A stretch of DNA of 64,000 bases from a virus. The notes beneath the pieces are model-generated. The model made no database searches, was not told where the DNA came from, and was given only the letters and a program-made list of their open reading frames with translations. Shown here piece after piece: positions 1 through 10,673 of the stretch (its first letter is position 1; the number at the start of each line of letters is the position of its first letter). The position numbers and the translations under genes were made by a program. The DNA lies in IMG/VR virus record IMGVR_UViG_3300044846_004119, positions 96,001-160,000 of that record; one strand, 5' to 3'.

Positions 1-585
1 AAAGAAAGTCCAAAAGTTTTAGGTCTTGATGTGTCAACTCGAACAATCGGTGTTGCATTATTTGATATACAAAGTAGAGAATTATTAGAATTAACTCACG
101 TATCACCAGTTCCAAAACCAAAAGAAGAGTCTAAAATTAAGGAATTATTACTTAAGAGTGATATTTTTAGAAATAAGTTAATTGAATATAAAGACTTAGG
201 TATTGTTAAGGTTATTATTGAAGAACCATTATTAAATTCAAATAATGTTTATACTATTAGTATTTTATTAAGATATAATACCTTAATTACTAAAGAAATT
301 TATGATGTTTTAGGTATTGTACCTGAATTTATATCCACCTATAATTCACGTAAGTTTGCTTACCCTGAATTAGTTAGAGAAAACAACAAAAATAAGTTTG
401 TTTTATTTGGGGGATTCCCAAAAGACTGTGATAAAAAACAAATCATATGGGAACAAGTTGCTAAAAGAGAACCACAAATACAGTGGTTGTATACTCGAAA
501 CAATACATTAAAGAAAGAAAACTTTGACCAAACAGACGCCTATACTTGTGTATTAGGTTATATGAGACAAGAAAAACTTTGGTAA
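1..585 (+). CDS. RuvC-like Holliday junction resolvase, 5'-truncated by the window edge
   Basis: Frame is open from base 1 (KESPKVLGLDVSTRTIGVA). RNase H-fold acidic motifs LGLD, IIEEP and DQTDA. The ORF-track start at 31 omits the first catalytic motif. Confidence 0.75.
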   Translation, partial: KESPKVLGLDVSTRTIGVALFDIQSRELLELTHVSPVPKPKEESKIKELLLKSDIFRNKLIEYKDLGIVKVIIEEPLLNSNNVYTISILLRYNTLITKEIYDVLGIVPEFISTYNSRKFAYPELVRENNKNKFVLFGGFPKDCDKKQIIWEQVAKREPQIQWLYTRNNTLKKENFDQTDAYTCVLGYMRQEKLW

Positions 586-611
586 TATCGTATAAATAAC
601 CGATAATATAG

Positions 612-642
612 AATATCGTCTTTTTAGACGATATTTTTTTTT
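612..642 (+). terminator. Intrinsic terminator between convergent genes
   Basis: Perfect 10-bp stem AATATCGTCT/AGACGATATT, TTTT loop, followed by a T run. Confidence 0.75.
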
Positions 643-662
643 ACCTTAAAGTTTTGATTTAC

Positions 663-3600
663 TCAATTTTGAGCAGTAGTTGAGGTTATTATAATTGGAA
701 CACCACAGTTTGCGGTTGTTACTGTAAAAGAATAGTTTATTTCAAAAACTTGGTCAATAGATAATACAGAGTTGTTGTATGAACCAATACTTAATTGAGC
801 ATTCGAAATAAATCCGGTACAAAATGATGAAGGTACCATTGCCTGTAAATAAACCGATACCACAGCACCTGTTTGAACTGAAAAAGTATTTGAATAGACA
901 CCAGCAGCTAAGCTAGATTGAAACGTATATACTATAACACCATTAACTTTTATATTACCCGTTGTCCAAGAACAATAGGTTTTTGTGTGAGTGTAAGACA
1001 TGGTACAAGGTTGTGGTGTTACAGTTGTTGTTGTTGTTGTTGTTGGTGTTGCCGCCGCAGAACAAGCATTACAACTAGGGTATGTTGAGAAACCAGTGAA
1101 GTAATTACCAGACCAAGTAATTACATTTGTGTTTGGGGAAAATTGTCCCGGTGAACATAAGGAAGAGCCAATAAATTTCCAACACACCCCTGTAGTAGGG
1201 TTACGTAAAACATTCCCAACAATAGTTGTTGGTGTTGCCGGTACAGTTTGAACTAAGACCTGCAGGGTACTAGATGAATTGTTATTATTGTTAGTACAAT
1301 CTGTAAACACATAATAAGTTAAACATGGAGTTGGAGTTACGGTTGATGATGGTGTTGGAGGTAATCCTGATGTTACGGTAGGAGTTGGCGTTTGTGTTGG
1401 TGTTTGGGTTGGCGTATTTGTTGGTGTACTTGTTGGCGTAATAACACAGTTTAAACAATCACCTAAATTAGAAAAACCAAAAGGACCTGCAAGTAAATCC
1501 ATTTGGTTAATACCTATGATATCGTTGTTTACCCCAATATAACTCACACATTTTGACACACCATCAACAAGTGATTCAAAAACCATATATATTTCTATAT
1601 CAAGACCTGGAGTTGGGTTCTCAAGGACACTTGTTGTATAATACATACTACCATTAAAACAGTCTTGGAATTGTTTACTTGATGGACATTTAATTAAGTC
1701 ATTAACAGTATTAAATGTTACGTTTCCTAAAAAGTCACACGGTCTGTCAATTGCGGGTGTAGGTGTTGGTGTGGTTGTTACTGTAGGTGTTGGTGTTGGT
1801 GTAATAGAACTAATCGTTGCATCAACACTAACATTTGAACATACATTTATTGGTGTCTGAGTAGGTGTCTGAGTAGGTGTTGGGGTCTGAGTAGGTGTTT
1901 GCGTTGGAGTAGGAGTAAAGTCACAATCAAATAATGCCGTAAAGTCAACATCACACGGTAATGTAGGTGTTGGCGTTGGTGTAGGACAAATACCTGCAAG
2001 TAAATTGTCGTCACATAAATCAGGACAAATACTATAACAAGGTGATTTACCCGATAATAAACAAATACCACCTAAACTGGTCGATAAACACCATTGAGTG
2101 TTTGTCGTGTCATAATAAATAAATAATGAATTTAATGTACCAACCCAATAAAAATTAATACCATAAGCACCAACTCTTACGTAGTTATCGTCCCATAAGA
2201 CATTGCCCGTATCATATAAACAATAGTTTATTACCGTACAAAAACCTACAGGTATTGATGTTTCAGTTGGTGTTGGCGTTGGTGTTTCAGTTGGTGTAGG
2301 AGTATTTGTTGGTGTTTGGGTTGGAGTTTCGGTTGGTGTAGGAGTATTTGTTGGTGTTTGGGTCAGCCCATTTGTTGGCGTATTTGTTGGTGTTTCAGTT
2401 GGTGTTGGTGTTTGGGTTGGTGTATTTGTTGGTGTTTCAGTTGGAGTATTTGTTGGAGTTTCAGTTGGTGTTTGGGTTGGTGTTTCAGTTGGTGTTGGTG
2501 TTGGTGTTTCATTTGGGGTTGGAGTATTTGTTGGTGTAGGTGTATTTGTTGGTGTTTCAGTTGGCGTATTTGTTGGTGTTTCAGTATTTGTTGGTGTATT
2601 TGTTGGTGTTTCAGTATTTGTTGGAGTATTTGTTGGAGTATTTGTTGGTGTTTCAGTTGGAGTATTTGTTGGAGTATTTGTTGGGGTATTTGTTGGTGTT
2701 TCAGTTGGCGTTGGTGTAACTGTTGGTGTTGGAGTATTTGTTGGAGTATTTGTTGGTGTAGGTGTATTTGTTGGTGTTTCAGTTGGCGTATTTGTTGGTG
2801 TTACAGTATTTGTTGGGGTAACTGTTGATGTAGGTGTATTTGTTGGGGTATTTGTTGGGGTATTAGTCGGAGTTTGAGTCGGCGTTTGAGTCGGAGTATT
2901 TGTTGGAGTTACAGTATTTGTTGGAGTATTAGTTACAGTATTTGTTGGAGTATTTGTTGGAGTATTTGTTGGAGTATTTGTTGGTGTTTCAGTTGGAGTA
3001 TTTGTTGGAGTTACAGTGTTTGTTGGAGTATTAGTTGGCGTAGATGTTGGAGTTTCAGTTGGGCTTGGTGTAGGAGTATTTGTTGGAGTTATTGTATTTG
3101 TTGGTGTTACAGTATTAGTTGGAGTATTAGTTGGAGTATTAGTCGGTGTATTAGTTGGTGTATTTGTTGGAGTTACAGTATTAGTTGGCGTTATTGTATT
3201 TGTTGGTGTTGAAGTATTTGTTGGAGTATTAGTTGGAGTTGTTGTTGGTGTTGGTGGAGGATTTGTTGAGGTAAGAGTTGGGGTGGGTGTTGGAGTTTCA
3301 GTTGGACTTGGTGTAGGAGTATTTGTTGGAGTTACAGTATTTGTTGGTGTTGGTGTATTTGATGGTGTTGAAGTATTTGTTGGTGTTATTGTATTTGTTG
3401 GTGTTGATGTATTTGTTGGCGTTATTGTATTTGTTGGTGTTACAGTATTAGTTGGAGTATTAGTCGGCGTATTAGTCGGCGTATTAGTTGGAGTATTAGT
3501 TGGAGTTGGAGTTGGGGTTGGGGTTTGGGTTGGAGTGTTAGTTGGAGTTGGAGTTGGGGTAGGTGTTGGGCTAAGTGGTGGTGTACAATACCAACTTGGA

Positions 3601-4157
3601 GCATTACACATGTTTAGAGTAACAGTTACAGTTGAATAAGTTGCGTTAGTTTTAACGTCATTAATATATAAATATGGAATTGGGTTTAGTATATTAACAC
3701 ACATGTTGAATGTACCAGGCACCTCAAATGGGTATGATAAAGTTTCTCCAAGCTGACAATTATACATGTCAACAAATACTACTCCGTCAACTGCAGGGTC
3801 AGTATTACCTACGGCATCATTTAAGTCCTTAGAATCAATATAAATGTCAACACACGTACAAGTTGGTAATGGTATAATATTGGGACTTTGACATTTTGCC
3901 GTATGGTCGACCATACAAGCGGCACAACCACCTCCAGGTGTATACTCAAAATAGGTGTTAACACTATTATAGTGAGTCTCAACATAACCAGCAAGTTTGG
4001 CCTCCCAACATACATCATTTGTGTCATAATAAATTTTACCTGCAATAAACTCTGAGTTTGTAACTCCATCAATTGTTGGCGTACATGGCCTAATAATTAC
4101 TGCATTGTTAAAACAACATCTTAAAAATACTGTATTACATTCTGGTATTTGCGGCAT
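663..4157 (-). CDS. Large Pro/Thr-rich (mucin-like) protein with Cys-rich domains, probable virion surface or fibre protein
   Basis: 1164-aa ORF. About 440 aa of [16 protein letters not shown] repeats flanked by Cys-rich beta-type segments. TATTTAT motif upstream (4195-4201). Confidence 0.75.
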   Translation of the reverse strand: MPQIPECNTVFLRCCFNNAVIIRPCTPTIDGVTNSEFIAGKIYYDTNDVCWEAKLAGYVETHYNSVNTYFEYTPGGGCAACMVDHTAKCQSPNIIPLPTCTCVDIYIDSKDLNDAVGNTDPAVDGVVFVDMYNCQLGETLSYPFEVPGTFNMCVNILNPIPYLYINDVKTNATYSTVTVTLNMCNAPSWYCTPPLSPTPTPTPTPTNTPTQTPTPTPTPTNTPTNTPTNTPTNTPTNTVTPTNTITPTNTSTPTNTITPTNTSTPSNTPTPTNTVTPTNTPTPSPTETPTPTPTLTSTNPPPTPTTTPTNTPTNTSTPTNTITPTNTVTPTNTPTNTPTNTPTNTPTNTVTPTNTITPTNTPTPSPTETPTSTPTNTPTNTVTPTNTPTETPTNTPTNTPTNTPTNTVTNTPTNTVTPTNTPTQTPTQTPTNTPTNTPTNTPTSTVTPTNTVTPTNTPTETPTNTPTPTNTPTNTPTPTVTPTPTETPTNTPTNTPTNTPTETPTNTPTNTPTNTETPTNTPTNTETPTNTPTETPTNTPTPTNTPTPNETPTPTPTETPTQTPTETPTNTPTETPTNTPTQTPTPTETPTNTPTNGLTQTPTNTPTPTETPTQTPTNTPTPTETPTPTPTETSIPVGFCTVINYCLYDTGNVLWDDNYVRVGAYGINFYWVGTLNSLFIYYDTTNTQWCLSTSLGGICLLSGKSPCYSICPDLCDDNLLAGICPTPTPTPTLPCDVDFTALFDCDFTPTPTQTPTQTPTPTQTPTQTPINVCSNVSVDATISSITPTPTPTVTTTPTPTPAIDRPCDFLGNVTFNTVNDLIKCPSSKQFQDCFNGSMYYTTSVLENPTPGLDIEIYMVFESLVDGVSKCVSYIGVNNDIIGINQMDLLAGPFGFSNLGDCLNCVITPTSTPTNTPTQTPTQTPTPTVTSGLPPTPSSTVTPTPCLTYYVFTDCTNNNNNSSSTLQVLVQTVPATPTTIVGNVLRNPTTGVCWKFIGSSLCSPGQFSPNTNVITWSGNYFTGFSTYPSCNACSAAATPTTTTTTTVTPQPCTMSYTHTKTYCSWTTGNIKVNGVIVYTFQSSLAAGVYSNTFSVQTGAVVSVYLQAMVPSSFCTGFISNAQLSIGSYNNSVLSIDQVFEINYSFTVTTANCGVPIIITSTTAQN
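2250..3575 (-). repeat. Coding low-complexity tandem repeat (about 12-bp units such as GTATTTGTTGGA on + strand)
   Basis: Degenerate 6/12-bp units encoding Pro-Thr-Asn-Thr type repeats. Shorter tracts near 1770-1990 and 1330-1440. Confidence 0.95.
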
Positions 4158-4347
4158 TTATTTTAGTTTTTTTGTTATATGGTTATCTCAGTCTATAAAT
4201 ACCTTTAAGGTTCTTTTTATTTTTAAAAAAAATTGTAATACAAATAACGTTTTTTACAAATTTCTCACTTAACCCAACGTAAATTTGTTGTATATTAATT
4301 AATTTCATATTCCATTCCTATAATAGTATCAATTTAGGTTTTAATGG

Positions 4348-4563
4348 TTATAAACTTAAATAAGTGATAACTTCACAACTATTATTATCAATAACCTTTA
4401 GATTAAAACTTAACTGACTTCCCATAACTGACGGAATAACAAACGAGTATGGCGCCGAATTGATTGTGTCAATATAAATACATATTGTTATTGGGTCGTC
4501 ACAAAGATAAATATCAAATGGAGATGCTCCTGTAATGTTGTTAATTGTTATATTTGTTGACAT
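4348..4563 (-). CDS. Small beta-rich hypothetical protein, probably structural
   Basis: 71-aa ORF co-oriented with the PT-rich gene, own TATTTAT at 4580-4586. Confidence 0.6.
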   Translation of the reverse strand: MSTNITINNITGASPFDIYLCDDPITICIYIDTINSAPYSFVIPSVMGSQLSFNLKVIDNNSCEVITYLSL

Positions 4564-4648
4564 TGAGATTTCTTTTTAGATAAATATAATCAGAGCCAAA
4601 AACTTGTGAAGGTTGATTAACTTAATATTTTTAATTATTATGTGTTAT

Positions 4649-5551
4649 ATGTCAGACGATAAAGAAATTTTATTAGAATTACTTAGGGAAATCCTTGGTG
4701 ATGAAAAACAACATTATGAGTCTAAAGGGCAAATCGCGTTCGACTGTGTAATATGTGATGAAGATAGACATAAAGGTAATTTAGAGGTTAACTACTTACA
4801 TCACGTATATAAATGCTGGAGTTGTGGTGACGTTAATAATACTAAAGGACCTCTTGGTAAATTATTTGACCAATTTGGAAATAAAAAACAAAAAAAAGTC
4901 TATAAACTACTACAACCCGAAGAGTTTAAACCCAAAGAAGAAAAATTTCAAAAATTAAGACTACCTGAAAGTTTTACTTTATTTAAGGACTCAAGTACCG
5001 TTTATCCTGTTAGAAGACAAGCCTACAACTACTTAAAGAACCGTGGTATTGGTGATGATATTATTGAAAAATATGGTATTGGATTTTGTGATAATGGTTC
5101 CCATAAAGGTAGAATTATTGTACCATCGTATGATAAGAAAGGTGAACTAACTTATTATATCGCAAGAAGTTGGGACCCAAACACACGAGCTAAATATAAA
5201 AATCCACAAGCGGAAAAAGATAAAATAATCTTCAACGAACACTTAATTGATTGGAAAAAAGATATATTTTTAGTTGAGGGTGTTTTTGACGGGTTTTTCC
5301 TACCAAATAGTATTGCAATGTTGGGTAAACATATGAGTGAATTATTATTTAACTCGTTATACAATAAAGCAAAAAAAAATATAATAATTTCATTGGATGG
5401 CGACGCTTGGGACAATTCAACTAGATTATACGAAGAATTAAACGGTGGTGGTCTATATGGTAAAATAAAACTATTAAAATTACCAAAAGATAAAGACGTT
5501 TGTGATTTAAAAGGTGAAATTAACGACTATTATTATACTATGAAGTTTTAA
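4649..5551 (+). CDS. DnaG-like DNA primase (Zn finger plus TOPRIM)
   Basis: CVIC...CWSC zinc finger, YIARS, FLVEGVFD and ISLDGDA TOPRIM motifs. Start taken at the ATG of MSDDKE (track start 4613). Confidence 0.8.
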   Translation: MSDDKEILLELLREILGDEKQHYESKGQIAFDCVICDEDRHKGNLEVNYLHHVYKCWSCGDVNNTKGPLGKLFDQFGNKKQKKVYKLLQPEEFKPKEEKFQKLRLPESFTLFKDSSTVYPVRRQAYNYLKNRGIGDDIIEKYGIGFCDNGSHKGRIIVPSYDKKGELTYYIARSWDPNTRAKYKNPQAEKDKIIFNEHLIDWKKDIFLVEGVFDGFFLPNSIAMLGKHMSELLFNSLYNKAKKNIIISLDGDAWDNSTRLYEELNGGGLYGKIKLLKLPKDKDVCDLKGEINDYYYTMKF

Positions 5552-5552
5552 T

Positions 5553-5900
5553 ATGGAAATTGGTAAATTAATTAAAGTTAAAGTTGGTGATATCAAAGCT
5601 CCTGAATGTATTGTTTGGACGACGGACAATTTAGATATGGTTGATGAAATTATTAAGAATTACGATGTGAATATTAGTGCTATTAAGATATCAAAAGATT
5701 TTAAACTCATTGATGGTGGTCATCGACTTTGCATACTTTGGGAAGAATATGGGGATAAACATGAGATAATGGTTAGACAAGTTCCAATCAATCAATGGTT
5801 GTTTTATACCATATTATTTACGTTTTTACCAATATTATTTCCCGTGGGAATTGTTTTGAGGGTTTTAAAACAAAAAAAAAATAAAAAAAAATGGAATTAA
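5553..5900 (+). CDS. ParB/Srx-like N-terminal domain with C-terminal membrane helix
   Basis: KLIDGGHRL motif, hydrophobic WLFYTILFTFLPILFPVGIVL followed by a basic tail. Confidence 0.5.
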   Translation: MEIGKLIKVKVGDIKAPECIVWTTDNLDMVDEIIKNYDVNISAIKISKDFKLIDGGHRLCILWEEYGDKHEIMVRQVPINQWLFYTILFTFLPILFPVGIVLRVLKQKKNKKKWN

Positions 5901-6751
5901 ATAAGATTGCGGAAGAAATTCGAGAGATTTTACAGAAAAGGAGAGATGAGTTAGATTTAACCTTTGTGGAGGACACTCACACATATTATATGAAGGATTT
6001 AGATGGTAATATCAAAGATGATTACCCTTCGGTGAGTAAGGTTATGAAATATTTTTACGAGGAGTTTGATAGTGAAGGTATCTCTTTAAGAAAGGCTAAG
6101 GGTGACCTTGAAGTCCAACAACAATTACTTGATGAGTGGAAAGCTGCTGGTGATTATTCTACAAACATGGGTAGTAGAGTACACTATTTGTTAGAGAAGA
6201 AACTTATAGAAATGTTTGGTAATTACAAGGAAGTGCGACAACCAATTTTTGATTGTGACTTTACACAGATACTTAAAGGTGATTCAATGGTCTCGGCTGG
6301 AAGTGATTATTTAAATCTTATGATTGAAAGAGGTGCGGTGTTATTAGATACTGAGATTGTGTTAGGTGACCCTGAATTAGGTTATACAGGACAACCTGAT
6401 AAGGTGTGGTTAATCTTTAATAAAGAAATGACCGAGTTTGGTTTGATAATTACCGATTGGAAATCCAATAAACCTAAAAACTTTGAACAGACTCATTTTA
6501 CGACAAAAATGAAATACCCATTTCAAAAACACCCAAACAATGCTTTAGGTCACTATTTCACACAATTACCATTCTATGGTAAATTGTTACTTAAAATGTT
6601 GAAGGGTACTAAATATGAAAATATTAAACTATACGGATGTATTGTTGTTTTAGTAAAAGAGATTGGTGAGTATGAGGAATTTAGAGTACCTAAAGAAGTA
6701 ATTACAACTATTCTTGATATGGATATGAAAAAATATTTGACTAAAAAATAA
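5891..6751 (+). CDS. PD-(D/E)XK superfamily nuclease
   Basis: YPSVS, G+RVH, GYTGQPDKV, ITDWKS and QLPFY motifs. Confidence 0.7.
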   Translation: MELNKIAEEIREILQKRRDELDLTFVEDTHTYYMKDLDGNIKDDYPSVSKVMKYFYEEFDSEGISLRKAKGDLEVQQQLLDEWKAAGDYSTNMGSRVHYLLEKKLIEMFGNYKEVRQPIFDCDFTQILKGDSMVSAGSDYLNLMIERGAVLLDTEIVLGDPELGYTGQPDKVWLIFNKEMTEFGLIITDWKSNKPKNFEQTHFTTKMKYPFQKHPNNALGHYFTQLPFYGKLLLKMLKGTKYENIKLYGCIVVLVKEIGEYEEFRVPKEVITTILDMDMKKYLTKK

Positions 6752-6770
6752 AAAATAACTATATTTTATT

Positions 6771-6863
6771 ATGAAAAATAATATAACATTGGTATGGGTG
6801 CATACCACAACTTTGGATTATTTTATTCCAAATGGATTAACAATAAATTATATAATTAAATAA
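6771..6863 (+). CDS. 30-aa small ORF (MKNNITLVWVHTTTLDYF...), not in the ORF track
   Basis: ATG to TAA fills the gap between two co-oriented genes exactly. Confidence 0.45.
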   Translation: MKNNITLVWVHTTTLDYFIPNGLTINYIIK

Positions 6864-6864
6864 A

Positions 6865-7101
6865 ATGGAAGATATTTTAAAACCAAAAATTGACCTTAAA
6901 AAACAACCAACTGTTGAATGTGAAAAATGTTCCTCAAAATATTTTAAAGAAGTTGTTTTGATAAAAAAAGTTTCTAAACTAATGACTGGTAGTTTTGATG
7001 ATACGTTAGTTCCATTCCCAACATACCGATGTGATGATTGTGGGCATGTTAATTCGGATTTTGTGTTATTTGACGAAGGTAATAATACTAATTTAGTTTA
7101 A
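6865..7101 (+). CDS. Zn-ribbon protein
   Basis: CEKC...CDDC. Confidence 0.7.
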   Translation: MEDILKPKIDLKKQPTVECEKCSSKYFKEVVLIKKVSKLMTGSFDDTLVPFPTYRCDDCGHVNSDFVLFDEGNNTNLV

Positions 7102-7102
7102 G

Positions 7103-7324
7103 ATGGACTATAAAGAATTTTACATTTGGTTAGATGGGTTTATGACAAATAGATGTTGGACAACAATTAAACAGATTGACATTCAAAGCATTCAAGATAA
7201 AATGAAAGAAGTTAAAGATGATTTACCTAAATTAGGTGGTAATAAGTTATCTAATGAATTTATACCAAACGCGGCACCAACCAATCCTTTAAGAGATATG
7301 ATTTGGGATATCCAAAAAAAATAG
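7103..7324 (+). CDS. Hypothetical protein
   Basis: 73-aa ORF in a tightly packed operon. Confidence 0.6.
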   Translation: MDYKEFYIWLDGFMTNRCWTTIKQIDIQSIQDKMKEVKDDLPKLGGNKLSNEFIPNAAPTNPLRDMIWDIQKK

Positions 7325-7328
7325 TAAT

Positions 7329-7667
7329 GTGATTATGATTGAAGATATTAAAGTTATACACCTTAAGAGTAATGCTCAACAACTTGAAACATGGATTGCC
7401 ATGTTAAATGGTGAAATTATAGGCCACATATATATGGAACGAGAAGAAAGTAATAAAATAAAATTCTTAGATGCTTGGGTACATGAGGAACATAGACTAA
7501 AAGGTGTTTTTAGAATGTTGTGGGATACTAGATGGGAATATGTTAAAACTCGTTATAGTGGATATACAGTATATGCTTGGTGTAAACCAGGTTCATTACC
7601 ATTATTAATTGAAAAAGGATTCACTGAAGGTGAGACATCAACTTATGTTGAAAAAATAATAGAATAA
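7329..7667 (+). CDS. GNAT-family acetyltransferase
   Basis: AWVHEEHRLKGVFRML (motif A-like) and LLIEKGF (motif B-like). Confidence 0.7.
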   Translation: MIMIEDIKVIHLKSNAQQLETWIAMLNGEIIGHIYMEREESNKIKFLDAWVHEEHRLKGVFRMLWDTRWEYVKTRYSGYTVYAWCKPGSLPLLIEKGFTEGETSTYVEKIIE

Positions 7668-7680
7668 ATAAATTAAAACT

Positions 7681-8016
7681 ATGAAAAACTTATTAACCAT
7701 CATTGTTAGTACATCAATTCTTATTGGAATATTTGCCGCCATTATCAATAATAGAGCGAATACCAAATTCAGTGGAGTAATAAAAGATAAAGAAAGAATA
7801 ATTGATAGTCTTAAAAAAAACCCCCATGTAGACACTCTATGGTTATCATTACCTGAAGACTCCATTAAGGTTCAAATAGGAAAACAATTAAAAAAAATTC
7901 AATCTCAAAGGGATAGAAATCGGGCGTTGAAAGAATATATTATTTTTTTAGAAAATGATAACCAATTTTTAGGTAGTGTTCTTGCAGAGAAAGAATTAAA
8001 AGACGGTATCAAATAA
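7681..8016 (+). CDS. Membrane-anchored coiled-coil protein
   Basis: N-terminal hydrophobic helix, DSL/DTL/DSI tripeptides. Confidence 0.6.
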   Translation: MKNLLTIIVSTSILIGIFAAIINNRANTKFSGVIKDKERIIDSLKKNPHVDTLWLSLPEDSIKVQIGKQLKKIQSQRDRNRALKEYIIFLENDNQFLGSVLAEKELKDGIK

Positions 8017-8042
8017 TAAATAAATTACTAAAAACATAAAAA

Positions 8043-8288
8043 ATGAAAAAAAGAACACTTAACGAGTTAAGACAAGAAAAAGAATTTGGTTACAAACCAC
8101 CGGTAGATAAGAAAACAAAACCGGAACAAATTTTTGAGATTAAAATTACCATAACAGATGGAGAAAAAAAAATAAAATCAAAAATTAATGTTTCCGATTA
8201 TAAAACATCAAAAGAATTACATAACGTTAGTTTAGTTGATGAAACAGTGGCCGCTTTATTAGTTGAATTTGAAAATAATATCAAATAA
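8043..8288 (+). CDS. Hypothetical protein
   Basis: 81-aa ORF in operon. Confidence 0.55.
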   Translation: MKKRTLNELRQEKEFGYKPPVDKKTKPEQIFEIKITITDGEKKIKSKINVSDYKTSKELHNVSLVDETVAALLVEFENNIK

Positions 8289-8413
8289 TAGAAGTAAAAA
8301 TGATTGATATGTTATATAGATTAAGATATAAATTATTAAAATATGTGTTGTATAATCAACGTAAGATTGATAAAACAACAAAGATTACCCTAAACGATTA
8401 AACTTAATTTAAA

Positions 8414-9295
8414 TTGGAAAATTATTTAGAGGTGGGCCAAACACCACTTATCCCTATTGATATTGATGGAGTCATTATTTGGGGTAAGGCAGAATTTATG
8501 AACCCATCAGGTTCTGTTAAAGACAGACCAATCAAAAACATTTTAACACGAGCGGTAGAGAATGGTTTATTATCCAAAGGAGGTACCGTTGTTGAAGCAA
8601 CTAGTGGAAACGCAGGTATTTCATTTGCCATGTATTGTGCCGAAATGGGGTTTAAATGTGTTATTGTAATGCCATCTAACATGAGTGAAGAACGTAAAAA
8701 AATGTTACGTCTATATGGTGCGGAACTTATTGAAGTTGGACCTGGTGATTTTGATTCTGCAATTAAATTAAGAGATGAGTTGGCAGAAAAAAATGGATGG
8801 TTTAATGGAAATCAATTTGCATCGCCTTGGAATATAGAGGCTCATAAAGAAGGGACAGGTGTTGAACTAATGTATCAGGCAATTAGTAATAAAATTAGAC
8901 CATCAGCATTTGTATTAGGAACTGGTACTGGTGGAACACTAATGGGGGCGGGAGAAACACTTAAAAATTTTTATTATGATATGGAAATTGTTGCGGTTGA
9001 ACCATCAGAGTCACCAGTAATGAGTGGAGGAGAATCAGGATTACATGGGATTCAGGGAATTGGTGATGGTTCTAAGTTTATGGTTGATTTAGATTTTGTT
9101 GACCACATTATTACAATATCAACAGAAGAGGCGACTCAAATGAGTCGTAGATTATCTAAAGATTATGGAATCTTTGTTGGAATTTCTGCGGGAGCAAATG
9201 TTTTGGCCTCACTTAAATACGGACAAAAGTTTGATAAGACAAATATTTTCACTATACTTTGTGATAGAGGAGACAGATACCTTTCAATATTATGA
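8414..9295 (+). CDS. cysK: Cysteine synthase (PLP-dependent, CysK/CysM family)
   Basis: KAEFMNPSGSVKDR PLP-lysine motif, EATSGNAG, GTGTGGT, HGIQGIG, GISAG. TTG start. Confidence 0.9.
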   Translation: MENYLEVGQTPLIPIDIDGVIIWGKAEFMNPSGSVKDRPIKNILTRAVENGLLSKGGTVVEATSGNAGISFAMYCAEMGFKCVIVMPSNMSEERKKMLRLYGAELIEVGPGDFDSAIKLRDELAEKNGWFNGNQFASPWNIEAHKEGTGVELMYQAISNKIRPSAFVLGTGTGGTLMGAGETLKNFYYDMEIVAVEPSESPVMSGGESGLHGIQGIGDGSKFMVDLDFVDHIITISTEEATQMSRRLSKDYGIFVGISAGANVLASLKYGQKFDKTNIFTILCDRGDRYLSIL

Positions 9296-10071
9296 TTAAA
9301 ACTTTAGTACACTTTTCTGATTTACATATCAGATTATATAAAGACCACAATTTATACCGTTCAATATTAGAACCCGCAATTGAACAATGGAAAGAATTGT
9401 CTCCTGACCGTATTATATTTACGGGAGACTTGGTCCACAGTAAGAATCAATTAACTCCAGAACTTATTGAGTTTGTTGTTTGGATTTTAACAGAATGTTC
9501 TAACATTGCTAAAACAATTATTATACCTGGTAATCACGATTTTTTAACAAATAATACCGAAAGATTAGACGCTCTTACACCTATCATTAATTCTTTGAAT
9601 AATGATAATATTGTATACTACCGAGATAGAGGTGTGTATGAGGATGATAACATTAGTTGGTGTGTTTATTCTCAATACCAAGGAAATATTCCTCCTGATA
9701 TTATTGATGGTAAGGGAAGAAAGATTGGTTTATTTCATGGTCCTATTTCAGGTTTAAAAACAGACCTTGGATTTGAGTTTGGTGAGGAAGCGTATGAGAT
9801 TGAAAAGTTTGATGGTTTGGAAACCGTATTATGTGGTGATATTCACAAACGAGCTGAGTTCCAAATTAAAGGGGGTAAAGGTTATATGATTGGTTCAACA
9901 ATTCAAAATAATTTAGGTGAAAGTATTAGTAAACACGGATATGGTATTTATGATGTTGAAAACAAAGAATATAAATATAAAGATTTATTTAATCCAAAAC
10001 CTTATCTTTCATTTAAAATAACATCATTTGAGGATATTATAAATGGAAAAGAAAAACTCACAAATGTATAA
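9292..10071 (+). CDS. Mre11/SbcD-like metallophosphoesterase nuclease subunit
   Basis: SDLH, TGDL, PGNHD, FHG and GDIH motifs, upstream of a Rad50-like gene. Confidence 0.8.
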   Translation: MIKTLVHFSDLHIRLYKDHNLYRSILEPAIEQWKELSPDRIIFTGDLVHSKNQLTPELIEFVVWILTECSNIAKTIIIPGNHDFLTNNTERLDALTPIINSLNNDNIVYYRDRGVYEDDNISWCVYSQYQGNIPPDIIDGKGRKIGLFHGPISGLKTDLGFEFGEEAYEIEKFDGLETVLCGDIHKRAEFQIKGGKGYMIGSTIQNNLGESISKHGYGIYDVENKEYKYKDLFNPKPYLSFKITSFEDIINGKEKLTNV

Positions 10072-10672
10072 TATTGATATTAATAACACTAAAGAAATCT
10101 ATGATTTTTGTTTATTAAATAAAATTTTGGATATTGATGGGTTTATTAATAAATGTTTTAAGAATGGATTTCATATTGAAAAGTATGGTTTTATTGGGGA
10201 AGACTCAGGTAAAACACTTAATGATGGTGAAAAAGACTTAAAAACGGGTGGGATTCAGGAAAAACGTGTAGAAATCGAGGTAATCCGAGAAATACGGGTG
10301 GAAGTACCTGTTGAAGTGATTAAAGAAGTTGAAAAAATTGTGGAGGTTATTAAAGAAGTTCCTGTTGAAAAAATAATTGAAAAAATCATCCAAGTTTCTG
10401 ATGATACTCAAATAAATGAACTGTTGTTAAAAATACAACAGTTGGAAAACAGGCCACCTGAAATTGTTGAAGTTATTAAAGAGGTCATTACCCAATCAAA
10501 TAACGATAAGTCATTAATGTTACAAGACACATTGAATAAATTAAGAAAAGAACTTACAGAAAAAAATAGTAAGATAACAGAACTTGAGGGGACTATCAAA
10601 AAATTAGAACAAATAAACATAAATCAAGGGGCGGCTTATATGAAAGGGTCGAACCTAACAAAAAACATATAA
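10043..10672 (+). CDS. Coiled-coil protein with VEVIKEV/EKIVEVP repeats
   Basis: VEVPVEVIKEVEKIVEVIKEVPVEKIIEK followed by a heptad-rich C-terminus. Confidence 0.65.
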   Translation: MEKKNSQMYNIDINNTKEIYDFCLLNKILDIDGFINKCFKNGFHIEKYGFIGEDSGKTLNDGEKDLKTGGIQEKRVEIEVIREIRVEVPVEVIKEVEKIVEVIKEVPVEKIIEKIIQVSDDTQINELLLKIQQLENRPPEIVEVIKEVITQSNNDKSLMLQDTLNKLRKELTEKNSKITELEGTIKKLEQININQGAAYMKGSNLTKNI

Positions 10673-10673
10673 T

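Noticed and set aside
2250-3575. Tandem repeats as a possible CRISPR array
   Set aside because: Units are 6-12 bp, degenerate, in frame and lack unique spacers. No cas genes are present.
1847-4072. Alternative-frame and antisense ORFs over the Pro/Thr repeat (1847-2071, 2316-2828, 2348-2539, 2874-3212, 3016-3639, 3821-4072)
   Set aside because: Most are by-products of stop-free repeat frames (WSICW and VGV patterns). All overlap the real 1164-aa gene.
4175-4300. About 41-codon minus-strand ORF in the spacer upstream of the Pro/Thr gene
   Set aside because: It runs through the TATTTAT element, has no motif, and is expected by chance in AT-rich DNA.
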